64,000 nucleotides of DNA from the human T2T-CHM13v2.0 reference genome, Homo sapiens: NCBI RefSeq assembly GCF_009914755.1, contig NC_060932.1. The stretch is one strand, 5' to 3'. Of the stretch, positions 61,201 to 64,000 are shown piece after piece; the stretch's first letter is position 1, and the number at the start of each line of letters is the position of its first letter. A model generated the notes under the pieces. That model was not told the DNA's origin. It saw only the letters and a list, made by a program, of their open reading frames with translations, and made no database searches. A program made the translations under genes and the position numbers.

Positions 61201-63831
61201 ACAACTATTATTCAAGAAAGCAACTTTCATTTACTTCAGGTATTCTCAATCCTAAGAAGTTCACGTTCTAACTGAGAAAGAATAGAGTTTCGTGCTTCAG
61301 GGAGAAAAAGGTTATTTGGAGTAGGGTGGTTTTCTTTAAATATTACCTAACCTCAGATTCCAAGTGAGCTCCTAAGCTGCTTGCTTCTCTCCAATTCTAA
61401 CTTGAAGCATTTAGAAAGGCCCTTTCCTTTTAGTTAAAGTCACACATCCTAAAATCCTGCAGCTGTTCACCTAAGATTGCCAGCGAGATAACAGCTATAA
61501 AACTCAAACCATAAGATGCAAATTTTTGCACATTTTCTCAGTTCCAGCCTCTCCAAAATGTTCTGCATCCTTCCCTGCTTTGCAGGATTTTATGGGAAAA
61601 GGAGCAAATTTGCAAACCAGCTGAGCTCACCATGTGTCTCGGCTTCTTCAGAGCCTATGATTTGCCCAGGAGTGACTTAGTTGATAAATGCTGTGTTTGT
61701 TTCAAAGGATGGTAGACACACTAAGGACCATCTTTGAAGTGAGTGGATATAGACCACCCTTTTGCTTTTTCCAGTGAACAAAAGCACTGCCTTTCTATTT
61801 CTAACAGTTTGCACTAATACAGTGTGAAAAACTAAATATAGAATACTTTTGTTAAAATCAGATTAGACTAATTCTATATGAAGTGCTTTAATGAAAAATG
61901 TTTAATGGTTGAAATACTATAACTCTGGAGTTAAAGTGCAGGTGCAAGAATGATATTCTACACTCCCTAGAGAGCAAACTAGTACATACTGTGAAATATC
62001 AATTAAAGTTTATAGTTGCCTGGGTTAGCTAAATGTCTTTTTCATGGGAAATTTCCATTCTTATGAAATAATCATTTGGGGTTAAAATATGTGCTGAATT
62101 ATGTGGGCATTCTGAGTTATTAAGAAATGGATTTATTTTTACAAGCAAGCTGTAAGCATTCTTTGCTGTTTTTATGAGGTCATCGACATGACTTTTAAGT
62201 GGGGCTCCAGGCCAACTCTGATTCTCACATCAGTTCATTAATTCACACAGCTGTCTCTAAAAACTACAAGAATAATATATACTGCAGACAGAGGGCCAGC
62301 AAGGGGGTGGGTGAGATTTAAGGCTGTATTTCAATCGAGAGATCCTGCTGACATCATAAACTATGAGAAGACAGCTTAAGCTGTTTGGGGAGCAGCAGCA
62401 GCCCCCCTGATGGAAATATGGCTAGTTTAATTGATTCTTTTCAGTTTCAGAATATACAGAGTGGGGACACCCAGTCGTTTTTATTCCGAACACAGTCAGA
62501 ACATTAAAGGCAGGCACTGCAGGAATGCATTAGCAGGGAAACCCAAGCAGCGACTTAAGGTGTGGGGATGGATTTGATTGTGTTAATGATATATGGGCAG
62601 CCGCACTGACATATGAAGGGCATGGCAGAGTTTATCGCACAGGGATTTTGTTTTATAGGCAATTGTGAACTCACTGCCTCTATGAAGAGTTTTACCAAAT
62701 GAGTTGTGACAAGGATGATATGATTGTAGCATGAGTGAGGGGTTGAGAGAACCAAGTCCTCTCTCTACTTCCTGATTTGTAGCAAACATTGAATGTGGGG
62801 GACTGAGTATACCCTGTGATGGGACTTCTGACAGCTTTTCCCTTTTGATCAGAAAGGGGAATTGCTAATATTAGCACTAAAATCTCATTCTAACACGAGC
62901 CCACATTCTAGAGAATGTGATACCAAACTGAATTTGGAGACAACTTATATACAACTTATGAGAATGTCCTGATTTCTGATAATTCATTCAGCATTAATAT
63001 GATATTTTTAAAAAGGATGTCTGCAGTTTCATATCCTTTAAATTCCAAATTTGTTTCGGTTGACATTAGAAGGTGAACTAAATCTCTCTGAGAGTAATTT
63101 CAGTTTTACAAATAAATGCAGCCAAGTTTTTATGTCTTTGGAGGGGGGAAACTTTTATAAAATGTGACGTTTTAAGTGTGCTCTTCAGTAACTCTCCATT
63201 AAAACACTGACACCTGTGTGCATGTGGATACTGGAGATTTGGTTGCCCTTATCTCATTTGTGTACACAAAAGTCTCTTTGTACATGTGAATTGAAGCTTT
63301 GCATGAAAAACAGATGTGTCCTCAAAGAGTCTAAGACTGCTAATGTATAAGAAAGACTGACAAAGCATGCAAATTAATGAAAAGATTGGGGTTGAGTCTC
63401 CTCTGGGCAACCCCTACATATACGTTTCTTTAGTCCTTCTATAAATATTATCTTGTGGCCAGGTGCTGTGGGCTTTTCTCTTGGAATTTTGAAAATATGT
63501 AAAAGCTAGTGACACCCAGGCTGCAATTGCCAAGTATTCCCTGAGAGGCTTTAGAACTGGCAGAGCTGGCTCTGCACCCACCACTCCAGGGCCCTGTCAC
63601 ACTCTCTGCAGCCTCTTCTACCACTTGGTGGATGATGGTGAGACTGGGCCAGTCAGGAGCACTTCCTCGTCAAGACAAGGTTGAGAACTCTTCATGGATG
63701 CATTTGAAACCTTATTAAGAAAAGGTCCACCTTGATAGTAATGTTTTGATAAATCCAAGTTTAGTTAAATAGACTGTAATTTGTTTTAAAAGATGTTTTG
63801 TGTTACATTTGTTTAGATAAAGGAAATGGGA

Positions 63832-63950
63832 GGACCAGGTATGGTGGCTGATGCCTGTAATCCCAGCTTTGGGAGGCTGAGGCAGGAAGATCACTTGAGG
63901 CACACAGTTCAAGACCAGGCTGGGCAACATAGCAAGACCCAGTCTCTACT
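63832..63950 (+). mobile_element. FLAM/Alu left monomer followed by TA/TG-rich tail
   Basis: atggtggctgatgcctgtaatcccagc...ctgggcaacatagcaagacccagtctctac. Confidence 0.85.
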
Positions 63951-64000
63951 ATATATGTGTGCGTCTGTGTGTGTGTGTATAAATTCACATATAGTATGTA

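Overview
AT-rich primate (probably hominoid/human) genomic DNA, roughly half transposon-derived: Alus (J, S, Y, FLAM), L1s from ancient L1M to L1PA3-like, L2, MIR, MaLR/ERVL/MER41 LTRs and Tigger/Charlie DNA-transposon fossils. There is no intact recognisable protein-coding gene, RNA gene or CRISPR array, and most ORFs in the track are repeat-derived or chance. Two structures stand out. (1) In the first 8.7 kb, six + strand exon-like blocks join in phase into a plausible ~165-aa C-terminus ending at TAA plus AATAAA. They carry two in-frame stops and three degenerate donors, so this is a candidate decayed (unitary) pseudogene that I cannot name. (2) At 15.2-21.1 kb, a composite L1 consists of a twin-primed, 5'-inverted L1PA3-like element (86-bp inverted duplication, templated junction insert) fused without TSDs to the 5' half of an apparently older L1PA5-like element, which keeps an open endonuclease ORF and an extended antisense ORF0. 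Some non-coding exon candidates lie at 38-44 kb. Repeat subfamily names come from my recollection of consensus sequences, not from a search, and boundaries of old repeats are approximate.
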